The notes: generated by a model not told the origin, from the letters alone. A stretch of DNA of 64,000 nucleotides from Octopus sinensis (GCF_006345805.1 NC_043003.1:57474001-57538000); one strand, 5' to 3'. Counted from the stretch's first letter, positions 38,922-52,534 are shown. Program-made: numbers and translations.

Positions 38922-40235
38922 ATTAAGTCCTAGTATAAATTATCAATATGAAGGCAGAAGAACCACGAACAAAATGCTAGCTCCCGAGTAATGATCGGAC
39001 GAGAATAAGGACAGTCTAACGTTATGTTTCCCAGTGGAAATCATGAACATTATATAAACAGCAATGACAATATATATTTATTTATTTACTTATTTCATCT
39101 AATTATTTTGTTTATTATATTTATTTGTTTGTTTTTTATTGTTGTTGTTGCTACTGTCGTTATCATTAACTATGAGTTAATGGCTGCTTACAATCCCCTC
39201 ATCTTCATATCCTTCACCATATCAGAAGTACCAACCGCGTCGCCACCAACAACAACACTGACGACGAAGACAATGACTACGGGATCATATACACATCGCA
39301 GCCTCACGTGCAGGCGAACTGTTATTTCTACTAACATGAGTGACCATGTAAACTCTCTCTCTCTCTCACTCTCTCTCTCTCACTCTCTCTCTCTCTCTCA
39401 TTCACTCTATCTATCTATCTATCTATCTATCTCCCATTGGCTTCCGGTAATATACAAACTCAATAAGTGTGAATTGCTAAGTTACCGTATTTAGCAAACC
39501 ATAAATAAATGCCCTGAAATCATCTAATGAGGACGTTATAACTGCTATTTCGCAAATGCATCACGAGGGCTGAAACAGCTCACCTCCATTTAGTAAACCC
39601 TACAGTAACGTAACTGTGTGGTGGTGGAGCGGGGGAACAAATTTACTGTCCGCCCCGGACAGCATTTTTGAGTCTGTATAGACTTAGGGACCCGGTAGTG
39701 GGATGTGGCAAACTCAAGGTTCCGCCTGGTGACACGCACTTTCGCGATGTTAGTGAACCAGAATTAATATTTTAGTTATTTTTTTAAAACTTGGTATTTT
39801 GTTATGTCCCTTTGCGTCCCGAATTCAAATCAGGTCTAGTTTTATTTGTCGTGTTATCATTCCAAGGATGATTAAATCATACTAAACAAATAATGGGCAA
39901 AATATCCATGCTAATTTTGGCACAAGGCCAGAAATTTTGAGCGCGGGACTAAGTCGATTATATAACAACCAGTGCTCATTTAGTACTTAAATGGTTGATC
40001 CCGAAAGGATAGAAAGTAAACATGACCTCGGTGGAAATTGAACTCGAGACATGATTTGTCACAAGAAATTCTGCAAAGCACAAACAATTCTGCCGACTCG
40101 CTCTCTCTCTCTCTCTCTCTTTCTCTTTCTCTTTCTATCTGCATCTATCTATCTATCTATAATCGATCTATCTCTTTCTTTCTCTCGCTCACACATACAC
40201 TTTCTCACTCTCTCTCTCTCTCTCTCTCTCTTCTG

Positions 40236-40335
40236 NNNNNNNNNNNNNNNNNNNNNNNNNNNNNNNNNNNNNNNNNNNNNNNNNNNNNNNNNNNNNNNNN
40301 NNNNNNNNNNNNNNNNNNNNNNNNNNNNNNNNNNN
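40236..40335. other. Assembly gap (100 N)
   Basis: Run of exactly 100 N. Confidence 1.
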
Positions 40336-40511
40336 ATGTTGGTATGTTTACATCCCCGTAACTTAGCGGTAGAATAAGTACTAGGCTTACATAGAATAAG
40401 TCCTGGGTCAATTTCTTCAACTAAAAAAACCCTTTAAGGTAGTGCTCCAGCATGCCTGCAGTCAAATGCCTGAAGCAAGTAAAAGAATGAAAGAATAAAA
40501 TATTATAGATA

Positions 40512-41036
40512 CAGGGTGGGCCATAATGATGAGCCACATTTTAAATGTTAGAATCTTGGCTAATACAAATGGCATAGAGTACCAAATATATTTATTTCAT
40601 AACCAATATAAAGGAGTTCAGTATATTATCTAAGATTAGAATATTTTTTACAGGTAATTGGTGTCGGTAACCCTCAAAATGTCGTGAACTTCTAAAAAGA
40701 AAGTGCATACATGGTCAAAGCATACTTTATCAACCAAAGACCCATTGTTGCAACTCAAAGAAAATCCTGGCAGTATTTTGGAAAGCGACATACATCATCT
40801 TCTCGAAAGATGATCTTGCGTGCTGTCACAAACTTCCATGAGAAAGGCGACTGCAGCCATTCCAGTTGATATGCTAAGCCGCAGTATGCTTCATATGAGA
40901 AAGTCTGATATTCAAATTTTAGATAATATTCAGCACCCCTGTATATCAGTTATATAATAAATATATTTGGTACTCTAATGTCATTCTTATAATCCAAGAC
41001 GCTAGCATTTAAAATGTGTCCGAATCCTCATGGCTC

Positions 41037-41042
<6 letters not shown>
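40512..41042 (+). mobile_element. Internally deleted Tc1/ITm-type transposon
   Basis: TIRs cagggtgggccat...cacattttaaatg / catttaaaatgtg...atggctcaccct, TA flanks; N-terminal remnant MVKAYF..IVATQRK..FG..SRKMILRAVTNFHEKG. Confidence 0.75.
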
Positions 41043-41071
<29 letters not shown>

Positions 41072-41404
41072 AGGACATTGCTATATATAAATGCCACACG
41101 CTAGGATTAAAAAGTGCATTTCTGCACTAATTAGGAAATCATGTGATATGCAGCTGAATTCTGTTTTTAAGAGGCTCGCTTCGAGAATTGCATTCCCTCG
41201 CATTCGATACTATGTGTTTATTTATTTTGGTAGTTTTGACTTTAAGAGTTCTTCCTAGCGTGTGGCATTTATGTATAGTAATGCTCTCGATATAAATAAA
41301 TACATTTAAGAGAGAATTTGATGAATTTTTCTCTTCTGAGGTTTTTCAAGCTAACTACTTAATAAATTCTTAAAAGATTTTATCCTATTTTAAATTGTAT
41401 ATAT

Positions 41405-41462
<58 letters not shown>

Positions 41463-41486
41463 CACATTACATACATACTACATACA

Positions 41487-41520
<34 letters not shown>

Positions 41521-41825
41521 CAAACATAGGCGCAGGAGTGGCTGTGTGGTAAGGAGCTTGCTTTCCAACCATATGGCTTCCGGTTCAGTCCTACTGCGTG
41601 GCACCTTGGGCAGGTCTCTTCTGCTATAGCCCCAAGCCGAACAAAGTCTTGTCAGTGGATATGGTACATGGAAACTGGAGGAAGCCCGTCATATATATAC
41701 ATGTATGTTTGTGGGTCTGTGTTTGTCCTTCCACCATCGCCTGACAACTGATGTTGCTGTATTTATGGCTCCGTAACTTAGCGGTTCAGCCAAAAAGACC
41801 AATACAATATATACTAGGCTTACAT

Positions 41826-41935
41826 TTTCGGTGACTCCTTCTGGGGTTTGCTCATACCACGTCTTCGCTCTTTGTAGGCCGTGATTTCCACAGAGCTCCC
41901 AATGGATCATTCTTGCCACATTGACATGACGTCGT
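41826..41935 (-). mobile_element. R4/Dong-like LINE fragment beside (AAT)n
   Basis: KREYKRRHVNVARMIHWELCGNHGLQRAKTWYEQTPEGVTEN is the segment following the CCHC knuckle. Confidence 0.75.
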
Positions 41936-41946
41936 TTGTATTCGCG

Positions 41947-41981
<35 letters not shown>

Positions 41982-42006
41982 TATTATTATTATTATTATT
42001 ATTATA

Positions 42007-42410
42007 AGGCGGCGAGCTAGCAGAATCGTTAGCACGTCGGGCGAAATGCTTAGCGGTATTTCGTCTGCCGTTACGTTGTGAGTTCAAATTCCGCCGAGGT
42101 CGACTTTGCCTTTCATCCTTTCGGGTCGATAAATTAAGTACCAGTTAAGCACTGGGGTCGATATAATCGACTTAATACCTATGTCTGTTTTTCCATTTTG
42201 ACCCTCTGGTTAAGCCCCTTGTGGGTAATAAAGAAATAGGTATTTCGCCTGTCTTTACTTCCTGATTTCAAATTCCGCTGAGATCGACTTTGCGTTTCAA
42301 TCTTTTCAGGGTCGATTAAATAAGTACCAGTTACGCACTGGAGTCGATGCAATCGACTTAATTCCTCCCCAAAAGTTGAGGCCTTGTGCTTCCAGTAGAA
42401 AGGATTATTA
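42007..42410 (+). mobile_element. SINE family B dimer
   Basis: Full unit aaggcggcgagctagcag...aagaaatagg joined to a head-truncated second unit at about 42240. Confidence 0.85.
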
Positions 42411-42539
42411 TTATTCGACTTGACTCAGATTTGGTCTTTCTTCTTTTCCTCCTTCCCATCCTCCTCCTCTACCTTCCCTCCTTTTCCTTCTTTTCCTTCT
42501 TTTTTTTCTCCTTCTCTTCCTTCTAACCCTCCTCCTTCG

Positions 42540-43635
42540 CTGTAGTCAATGTTCCAATGCTGCCAAAACAGCTCAAGACTTTTGTGTTGTGTACGGAGAA
42601 GTTGTTAATACCGACAAAGAAAAAAAGAAAAAGAAAATGAATGAAAAACTACACAGAAATGGTTTTCTCGCTTGAATGGGATGGGGTATGGGGAAATTCG
42701 ACCTTAGGGACTTAATGTTCCGGCCGACCTGTTCTGCTGAATGGGGATCAACTGAAAAACGTAATTCACGAGTATCCGTGTCAATCCTTTAGGAAACTGA
42801 ACCAGCAGATGAGACTCTCTCATAATAAGTACCTATTTCTTTATTACCCACAAGGGGCTAAACACAGAGGGGACAAACAAGGACAGACATAGGTATTAAG
42901 TCGATTACATCGACCCCAGTGCGTAACTGGTACTTAATTTAACGACCTTGAAAGGATGAAAGGCAAAGTCGACCTCGGCGGAATTTGAACTCACAACGTA
43001 ACGCAGACGAAATACCTATTTCTTTATTACCCACAAGGGGCTAAACACAGAGAGGACAAACAAGGACAGACATAGGTATTAAGTCGATTACATCGACCCC
43101 AGTGCATAACTGGTACTTAATTTATCGACCCCGAAAGGATGAAAGGCAAAGTCGACCTTGGCGGAATTTGAACTCACAACGTCACGGCAGACGAAATACC
43201 GCTAAGCGTTTCGCCCGGCATGCTAACGTTTCTGCCAGCTCGCCGCCTTTCTCTCATAATAAATACCGTTGCTTTACTCAATGGCTAAGGTCTAAATTTC
43301 CGGTGCAAAAGCTCCAGATGCTCAATCGGCGACACGGCGTGCTTCCTCAGCACGACATCACCCACCTCCCCGTCGTTAATTTCACCAAAAATTCTATTGA
43401 AGTGCTATGTTGGGAAGTTCTACCACACCACACATCTTCTCCAGATATAGCACCTTCAAATTATCACTTCTTGTCTTTGGTCACTCTCCAAAAGACTGCG
43501 AGGTGTTTCGCTCAATAACGACACGGAGCTGAAAACGTGACTCGGTGAATCCTTTAAGTCAAGGCTCGGTAATTTCTATCGTTCAGGCACTGACAAGATA
43601 GTGGAACGTTGGCAAGAAGTTGTTAGCAATGAAAG
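42540..43635 (+). mobile_element. Degenerate mariner remnant interrupted by a SINE B dimer (42829-43251, minus)
   Basis: N-terminal QKWFSRL..DLRD..SGRP and C-terminal WEVLPH..SSPDIAPSNYHF...KIVERWQEVV remnants lie on either side of the SINEs. Confidence 0.7.
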
Positions 43636-43706
43636 AGTGTACATTATTGAATGATTTGTTAAAATTGTAGATGGAACGTTGGCAAGAACGTTGGCAAGAA
43701 CGTATA

Positions 43707-44124
43707 GGCGCAGGAGTGGCTGTGTGGTAAGTAGCTTGCCTACCAACCACATGGTTCTGGCTTCAGTCCCACTGCGTGGCATCTTGGGCAAGTGTCTTCT
43801 ACTATAGCCCCGGGCCGACCAATGCCTTGTGAGTGGAATTGGTAGACGGAAACTGAAAGAAGCCTGTCGTATATATGTATATATATATATATATATATAT
43901 GCGTGTGTGTGTTTGTGTGAGTGTGTTTGTCCCCCTAGTATTGCTTGACAACCGATGCTGGTGTGTTTACGTCCCCGTCACTTAGCGGTTCGGCAAAAAG
44001 AGACCGATAGAATAAGTACTGGGCTTACAAAAGAATAAGTCCCGGGGTCGATTTGCTCGACTAAAGGCGGTGCTCCAGCATGGCCGCAGTCAAATGACTG
44101 AAACAAGTAAAAGAGTAAAAAGAG
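43707..44124 (+). mobile_element. SINE family A, full length
   Basis: Complete consensus-like copy; other copies at about 41528-41822, 46461-46905, 51036-51448 and 59358-59785. Confidence 0.9.
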
Positions 44125-44976
44125 AAAGAGTATAAAATGAATAGGGAACAAAAAATATTAAAATACTGAACGCGTTTATCTGGCAGCCATTTTGAGTTGC
44201 CAGATAAGAGTAACTCGGACATAACAGGAATGTGTTTGATCATATATGCTTACTGATTCGGAGCTCGCTTGGGACTAAACAACAGCTAGCTTTGTGTGAC
44301 TTTTTAAAGAACTTTAATATAACGTAGAATGTTAAAAGCACAAATGTGCTGTTATATAGTATTTTAGAAACGAAACAAGAACAGGGGCCCCAAAACGATC
44401 TTCAAATATTCAACGCAACGCATAACTGTAAGCATTTTTTGTTTGTGCGCGTTTCAACAGAATGTCTGTCGTTAAACACTACAAAAAAAAAAACAGAGCT
44501 ACAAAAGAGCAACAACAACTACAACCACAATAAAATTTAGCACCACGACCCAATAGGAGATGAAAAAACCCAAAAAAACACATACACACGTGTGCATATT
44601 AGAAAACACATAGGAAATGAAAACAATAGGATTAGCTGACAATGATGGTGAGAAGAAAGTAGGGGTGTTGAAGGCAACATTAACAACATAACATCACATC
44701 AGCACCACTACTGACGCCTTTGTTGCTATCACCCAAGTGACAAAAGGAATGAAAACAAATTTTCAGATTCTATCTGAGACATCTTTTGAAAGGCGCGCGC
44801 ACGCACGCAAACACGCACACATACACACAGAAAACAACTACATGCGCAAAGAGATACTCAGAAATACATACATGAAAACACACGTACATACCTCAATCTA
44901 CCCCCCCCCCACACACATATATGGATATATGTTCATAAGTAAATATATATATCTCATATACATGTATTTTCATATA

Positions 44977-45013
<37 letters not shown>

Positions 45014-45180
45014 GTACATATATGTTAATATATATAAACATATATACATATACGTATATGGATATCAATATGTGTGTGTGTATATATATATATATCCACA
45101 CACATATATCGATATCCATATTCGTATATGTATATGTATATATATATATATAATATATATATATATATATTATATATATA

Positions 45181-45211
<31 letters not shown>

Positions 45212-45234
45212 ATACGTATATGCATGTATATATA

Positions 45235-45277
<43 letters not shown>

Positions 45278-45689
45278 AGCGCGCGCTTATATTTACTACA
45301 TAGATATAATTACTATATACATATATATACATATATGATGTGTACATATATATATATATATGTGTCTGTCTGTTCATGCGCGCGAGTGTTCGCGTGTAGT
45401 TACATCGACAAACAATTTGGTTTTCCCAGAAGAAATATTCATTTGCACGTAAACCTTTCCTTGTTGTATATTTTCCAAGAACCCTTTCCCTAGATTCAAT
45501 ATTACGTACGATATTGTGATATTTTCCTATATCGATTCATTATAAAAGAAGAGCAGTTAACACAACGTCGGCATCACCATGTATTGGGTTCATCCAGGTG
45601 TACAGGCACAATGCAAGATTTGAACTTAATCAATGCCAAACGTCTAACGTCTTGTACACTTTTCTTCTAGAAGTCGTTCGTGTAATTTT

Positions 45690-45776
45690 CCAAGCGTACA
45701 AGCACACACGTGCGCGCGTAAATATGTAAGTATGTACAAATATACACACACACATGTAAATATGTATAAATACATA

Positions 45777-45807
<31 letters not shown>

Positions 45808-46368
45808 TACATATACACACATATGCATTTATATATATATATATACACATGTAAATATGTAAGTATATATAAATACATACACACACCACACACACACACA
45901 TACACACACGTATATATATTTACGCACACGCATATATATATATATACATATATATACAGACAAATACATGTAAATATGTACGTATGTATAAATACACACA
46001 CATACATGTAAATAAAATATGTAAGTATGTATAAATACATACATACATCACACGCACACTCACACACATACATACACACACCCATATATATAAATATATA
46101 TATATACGCACGCATATATATATATACACTCACATATGTAGATATGTAGGTATGTACAAACACACGCACAAGTAAATATGTATGTATAAATACATATGCA
46201 TATCACACTTACACACATATATATACACACGCAGATATATATATATATACACATGTAAATATGTATGTATAAATACACACACACACACATATATATATAT
46301 ATACACTCACATATGTAGATATGTAGGTATGTACAAACACACACACATGTAAATATGTATGTATAAAT

Positions 46369-46422
<54 letters not shown>

Positions 46423-46440
46423 CACGCACACACATATACA
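45690..46440. repeat. Compound minisatellite built from (TA)/(CA) modules
   Basis: Recurring tgtaaatatgta(a/t)gtatgtataaatac units, plus a higher-order repeat of cactcacatatgtagatatgtaggtatgtacaaacacac at about 46128 and about 46305. Confidence 0.7.
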
Positions 46441-47110
46441 CATGCACACACTCACACTCAGGCGTGGACATAGTTGTGAAGTACGAAGCTTGCTTCTCAA
46501 CTACATGGTTCCGGGTTCAGTTTCACTGCGTGGCACCTTAAGGAAATGTCCTCTACTATAGCCCCGAGTCACCAAAAGCCTTGTATATGGATTTGATAGA
46601 CAAAAACTGAAAGAAGCCCATCGTATATATGTGTGTGTGTATGCATGTGTGTCTATGTGTGCCTGCATACCAATGTGTGTGTTTTGTCCCCCACCACTGC
46701 CACTGCTTGACAACCGGTACTGGTTTGCTTATGTCCCCGTTACCTAGCAGTTTAGCATAAAGATTCCGATAGAATAAGCACCAAACTTCACAAAAAAGAA
46801 AAAAAAGAAAAAGAAAAGTTAGTGCTGGAGTCTATTTGTTTGACTCAAACTTTCAAGGCGATGCTCCAGCATGGCCGCAGTCTAATGACTAAAGCAAGTA
46901 AAAAAACAAATAGAACAGAAACGATAAAAGACATTCTCCTGAACTGGCCACTGATTTCAAGAATGAACATGAATCAGCAAAACTCTTACAAATAAGCAAG
47001 TAGATGAGTATCTGACAGCACCTCAATAAGGTTCGATCATCGATTAAAGCTGAGCGATATTTTTTCAATCATACAGGAAAATGGTTAAATTTGCCTTGTT
47101 TATATATCTT

Positions 47111-47352
47111 CAGTAATCCCTCGCTATATCGCGGTTCACCTATCGCGGTTCACATATCGCGATTCACCTATCGCGGTTTATAATTTAAGCTTACGTCGAT
47201 TCCTCCGTGGTGCTGTTTTGCATTTATAATAAAATAAGTATATACATATAAAAATTAAAAAAATATACAGTACAGTACTGTTTCTACTTCGCGGATTTTC
47301 ACCTATTGCGGGTTTTTGGAACGTAACACCTGTGATCGTCGACGGATTGTTG
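47111..47352. mobile_element. pogo/Tigger-type MITE
   Basis: cagtaatccctcgctatatcgcgg left end, tandem cctatcgcggttca subrepeats, diverged right end cgacggattgttg. Confidence 0.65.
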
Positions 47353-47429
47353 CATTGCATTGATTATATATATATCACACTTAGATACAGTGTGGACTGA
47401 GATACCTGTTGGCAGTTCGATTATATACT

Positions 47430-47855
47430 TTTCTTTTCTACTCTAGGCACAAGGCCCGAAATTTTGGAGGAGGGAGCCAGTCGATTAGATCAACTCCAGT
47501 ACGCAACTGGTATTTAATTTATCGACTCCGAAAGGCAAAGTCGACCTCGGCAGAATTTGAACTCAGAACGTAAAGACAGACGAATTACCGCTTAGCATTT
47601 CGCCCGGCAAGCTAACGTTTCTTATTTCTTTATTGCCCACAAGGGGCTAAACATAGAGGGGACAAACAAGGACAGACAAAGGGATTAAGTCGATTACATC
47701 GACCCAGTGCGTAACTGGTACTTAATTTATCGACCCTGAAAGGATGAAAGGCAAAGTCGACTTCGGTGGAATTTGAACTCAGAACGTAACGGTAGACGAA
47801 ATACGGCTACGCATTTCGCCTGGCGTGTTAACGTTTCTGCCAGCTCACCGCCTTA
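47430..47855 (-). mobile_element. SINE family B dimer
   Basis: Full unit joined at aaagaaata|agaaacgttagc to a head-truncated variant unit. Confidence 0.85.
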
Positions 47856-48159
47856 GTTCGCTTATATTAAATAAAGCTGTTAAGATTACCTCTACAAATT
47901 AGCTACAGAGATTATAACCAGCACTGACTTTGTTACGGCGTTTCGTATCCGAGACACCTGATATAATCAACGATTATGAGAAATGGGTAATGGGCGTATG
48001 TGACATATTACAGAAGTCTTTGTTCCGTCATCAGTACCCATCCCACCCATTAATCTTCCACGTTAAATACGCAAAATTAGCAACTGGATTTACTGTGTAC
48101 AGAAAGAAATTGACTATTTGGTTAAGTGATACAAACACCGCTGATAAGGTTGAAAACTA

Positions 48160-49840
48160 TCTTTTCTGGGATGCTAAATCTTGCAAACAATTTGTGTAAG
48201 AAAATTTATCACAGTCGAGGAGGTTGGTTTTTTTTACACTTGCAAATTGCAGGCCATTTCGGAAAAGTATAAGCTACCACTAAGTAGTATGAACCATTTA
48301 AAGGACCAGCGAAATTGATGTGTAGTCTCGACCACGGAACATCTACTTTTGAACAATGATTATTTTTTTATCGCGGGTAATTTTTCATTTCGTTTTGGTT
48401 TACTCTGTTTTACTGTGATTTTTTGCTTCAGTCCCTCAGCCGCATTCGAATCTTCGACTGAACCGACTATATATGGTTGTCCCAAAAGTTCGTAGAAAGT
48501 CTTGGAAAATAATGGTCTTTATTTTGAGGAATAATTTTTGTTGTTTTTGTTAGTACTTGGCGAGTAAAAATTCAATTTTCGCAAGTGTTTACGAACTTTT
48601 GGGACAACCTAATATTTCCACTCAAAACACTTATGAGCGTATTCCTTAACTTGAGTAGTTCTATCCACTCTGTGCCAAAAAGATTAAGTGAATCTTTTAA
48701 TACGTATATCTTTGCTTTTTCGTTTGACCTCGAAATGTTACCTTATATACGAATTCGCCGAAAAACAATCTTTTTCCTGTATTACCGTGTGCTACCTTTT
48801 TCGATGTATTTAATTTCGGCTTACCGACATATTTCCAATTTTTGTTTTCGTTTATAATGATGATATCACTACCAGTGTCTAACTGAATTTTTAACACTTG
48901 TATTTCTGATTTTCACCTTCATGAGTTTCCTCATCGTTATATTATCAATTTCTTCTTTTGTTCTGCCTTTTTGTTATTTTCGTTCTACAGTGCGTCTTTC
49001 TACGTCCTACATCACCACAACGAAATCTCTCTCTTTTTTTTTTTAAATGAACAACTTTTCCTCAGGTTTATTTCCTGATTATTGTTGTTTTTTTTAGAAA
49101 ATAATTTATCTCTATTCTGACTATTTCGCACTTGATTTACTTGGAAACAATCTTTACATTCAATTTCCTCTCTGCCGTGTCTTAATTTGACTATTCTTTC
49201 ACATTCTTCTGACACTTGCCGTAGGGTTACATACTGGTTTTGTTCCAGCTTAGCGAGAATTCTAGTCCTAACTTCTGCGTTCTTTTCGGCAGTAAATCCC
49301 TGTTTAAAAATCAGGCATTTGAACATATCTGGCGTTAATTCGTCCAGTTTAAAATTCTCACATTCCCTGTTTACTCTACCAGCGACTTTCCTGACGACTT
49401 CAATAATTGCAGCATTTGTTGCTGTAATATTATTTGTTGCTGCTGTTGCTTCTGTTGTTGGTCTTGCAGGTGTATCTCCTGCTGCTGTTGTTCTTTCAGT
49501 TGCTGTTGTTGTTGTTTTTGCAAATTTTTTTGCAACAAATTTTCCATAACTTTACGATTTTTTTCGTAAAATTCGCACAACAAAAACTTTTGCGAGTTTG
49601 TTAACTTCTCGTGTGTTGTTTAAATCCTCGTCGCCATTGTAATAATCCTTAAAATTTTGGATTGTTATAAACCCCACTTCGGTATACAATATACTTAGTA
49701 AGACCAGTAAAGACACGACTATCTCTGACCACCCTACTATGTACTCTGGTACTCCACGTACCTCTCTTTACTTGTAGTAACTAAGTTATTCCATTCGTGA
49801 CGTGGGAGGGGTGTACCATTATTACTAATTCCCTACAACA
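48160..49840 (-). mobile_element. Internally deleted Ty3/Gypsy LTR retrotransposon (5' LTR, PBS, gag, protease, integrase remnants)
   Basis: TG...CA LTR at 49840-49638; PBS TGGCGACGAGGAT at 49636-49624; gag FKCLIFKQGFTAEKNAEVRTRILAKLEQ; protease LDTGSD; integrase VPWSRLHINFAGPLNGSYYLVV...LFARFSIPEKIV. No RT/RNase H seen. Confidence 0.85.
48473..48612. mobile_element. Mariner-type MITE inserted in the Gypsy remnant
   Basis: TIRs ggttgtcccaaaagttcgta / tacgaacttttgggacaacc in a TA context. Confidence 0.85.
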
Positions 49841-50677
49841 GATATATAAATCAATCTTTTGATAGATAGTACCAGCTGGTGACATCTATATACATGTATA
49901 TATATCTTCACATATGTATTTCTCAGATTACTAAGCACTGAACTGCTATTTCCTTAATTCTTCATATCTTTGCTCCACAATTAGACTCTACTACTACACA
50001 TTGGTCATTCATTTACCTCTTAACCCCCCCCCCCATTCCTCTATCTTTTACACTATAATACCTTTCTCTCTCTATCCCCACTCCTACTTTCAAATTATCA
50101 CCACTGACCACTGACTGATCTATATCTTAATTTTTCTTTTTTCTGTTTTCTTTATTCCCTTCCTTTCTATCTTCAGGGTTTTATTCTTTTTTTAAATTTT
50201 TATATGATTTTGTTATTTTAACTAATCTTCTCTCTCCTTTCTCTTTCATTTTTTTCTTTCTCTCCTCTTTTTCTCTTCCCTTTTTCTCTTTATTTCATTC
50301 CTCTCTTCCTGTTTTCAAATTAACCATTATAATACACTCCCTATTTCTAGGTCATTTTAAATACAAACCTTTGACTCTGCAATACTGTATATATATTCCC
50401 TACTGGGAACGACCAAGTTTAAAAATCTACTGGATCTCACTCATAAGGGAATCTTACATTGCTTATAAACTTTATATTTGGAAGGATTCATATTAAACTC
50501 TGTTGGACTTTTAGATTTTACTCAAAGGATTTTGGAATATTGCATATATACCATTATGCCTATAAAACGGATTTACAACTTCAATACCCATACATATCTT
50601 ACATCTATTTTCTTTCCTCCACCTCACTGTCTATTTTGTATCACATCTAAACTATGACTTAAGTTTCCTCTCACACC

Positions 50678-50729
50678 GTCTCCGATGAAGGGAAATTATT
50701 AATTAATATCATAGAAACAGCTGTAAGAC
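50678..50729 (+). ncRNA. HHR-like motif with U4C change (probably decayed)
   Basis: GUCU-CCGAUGA-[AGGGAAAUUAUUAAUUAAUAUCAUA]-GAA-ACAGCUGU-A-AGAC; palindromic stem III, GUA site; stem II imperfect. Confidence 0.55.
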
Positions 50730-50945
50730 CTTCTATCTATAAATGTTCTAATATCTATTACAACCTTGGTTTTTTAATCTTATTCCGCAAAAAATTCTTA
50801 TATACACACGCTGACATAGAACCAACGTTGAACCCTTTATTCGCAATATAACCGCATCTGGAACTTAACTATGGTCTGTCTATAGCACTTATTCAGCATT
50901 ACCTGACACCTTTGGGTCTCAATGACACCATTATCTCTCTACATA

Positions 50946-50995
<50 letters not shown>

Positions 50996-51003
50996 ATATA
51001 TAT

Positions 51004-51034
<31 letters not shown>

Positions 51035-51204
51035 ATGGCTGTGCGTTAAGAAGCTTGCTTACCAACCACGTGGTTCAGGGTTCAGTCCCACTGCGTGGCA
51101 CCTTGGGCAAGTGTCTTCTACTATAGCCTCGGGCCGACCAAAGCCTTGTGAGTGGATTTGGTAGACAGAAACTGAAAGAAGCCTGTCGTATATATGTATA
51201 TGTG

Positions 51205-51239
<35 letters not shown>

Positions 51240-51448
51240 ATTTGTGTGTCTGTGTTTGTCCCTCCAACATCGCTTGTCAACCGATGCTGGTGTATTTACG
51301 TCCCCGAAACATAGCGGTTCGGCAAAAGATACCGATAGAATAAGTACTAGGCTTACAAAGAATAAGTCCTGGGGTCGATTTGCTCGTCTAAAGGCGGTGC
51401 TCCAGCATGGCCGCAGTCAAATGACTGAAATAAGTAAAAGAGTAAAGA

Positions 51449-51486
<38 letters not shown>

Positions 51487-51719
51487 CTTTGTGTGTGTGT
51501 CTGTCTCTGTCTGCCCCCTCCCCCATTATTACTTGACAGTTGGTGCTGGTGTGTTTACGTCCCCTCAATCTAGCGATTTTGCAAAAAAGAGCGATAGAAT
51601 AAGTACTTAGCTTTAAAAATAAGTCATAGAGTCGATTTGTTCGACTAAAATTTCAAAGCGGATTTTCCAGCATGACTGTAGTCAAATGACTGAAACAAAT
51701 AAAAGAATAAAAGAAAAGA

Positions 51720-52534
51720 ATTATTCACGAAGATCTGAAGATGCGAAAAATTTGTGCAAAGATCGTACCCAGTGTGGTGGTCAGTAATGCGCATAGAAGG
51801 AAAACACGTTGGTGACAGCTGGGAGATGGAGCTCATTTTCTCCGTTCCCAAAGTACTTGAATCTCTGGTGATCTACGACGAAAGCTGAAGCTACTTTTTA
51901 TGAGCCAGAGACTAAGAGACAGACTACGCAATGGAAGAGTCCTGGCTCTTCCAGACCCAAGAAGGCCAAGCAAAATAATCCACTGGGAAGTTCAGGATAA
52001 ATCCCTTTTTCGACTGTATCTGCATCATGTCCAACATGTACATACACTGGGTTCCCTCACATAAGCCCGTCAACAAAGAGTATTTCGTGGAGGTTTTGAG
52101 GGAGTTCATCAAGAAATTTCGTCGCAAGAGCCCAGATATTTTCTACCCAGGTCGATGGCAACTGCATCGGAACAATGCAGCAGTCTATTACAGTTCCATC
52201 CTGGTAACAAACTACTTGATAGAGATGGGCAACAAGACTGTCCTTCATGCTTCATACAATTCAGACCTTCCTCCCTGTGATTTTTAGCTGTATCCCAAGC
52301 TGAAAGAGAAGCTTAGAAGCAGTTATTTTAAAGACAATGAGAAGATAAATGAGGCTGTGACAAAAGCTCTGGACCCTTTTAATTTGGAGAACTTCCATGG
52401 GGCTCTTACAAAGAGGTTGCAGTACAACAAGTGCATGGAGATCAGAGGATCTTACTTTTAAGGAAAATAGAGTTTGTGCTTCTTTCAAATTAATGCCTCC
52501 TGAAAGAGTCTCAAAACTTCTGGAATGCACCTTG
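51720..52534 (+). mobile_element. 5'-truncated mariner
   Basis: IHEDLKMRKICAKIVP, YEPETKRQ..QWKSPGS, VNKEYFVEVLRE..RRKSP, WQLHRNNA and YNSDLPPCDF; right TIR tcaaaacttctggaatgcaccttg followed by TA. Confidence 0.9.

Noticed and set aside
40038-40420. ORFs spanning the N run
   Set aside because: Artefacts of the assembly gap; adjacency across the gap is unverified.
42829-43200. Regular direct repeats suggestive of a CRISPR array
   Set aside because: Units are about 185-bp SINE copies with no unique spacers, in eukaryotic DNA with no cas genes.
44176-44207. 12-bp hairpin ttatctggcagc/gttgccagataa
   Set aside because: Too short for a pre-miRNA, single occurrence, no supporting context.
47930-48199. 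89-aa plus-strand ORF
   Set aside because: It partly overlaps the antisense Gypsy integrase remnant, starts at TTG and has no recognisable domain.
49187-49549. 120-aa hydrophobic plus-strand ORF
   Set aside because: It is the antisense of the Gln-rich Gypsy gag region.
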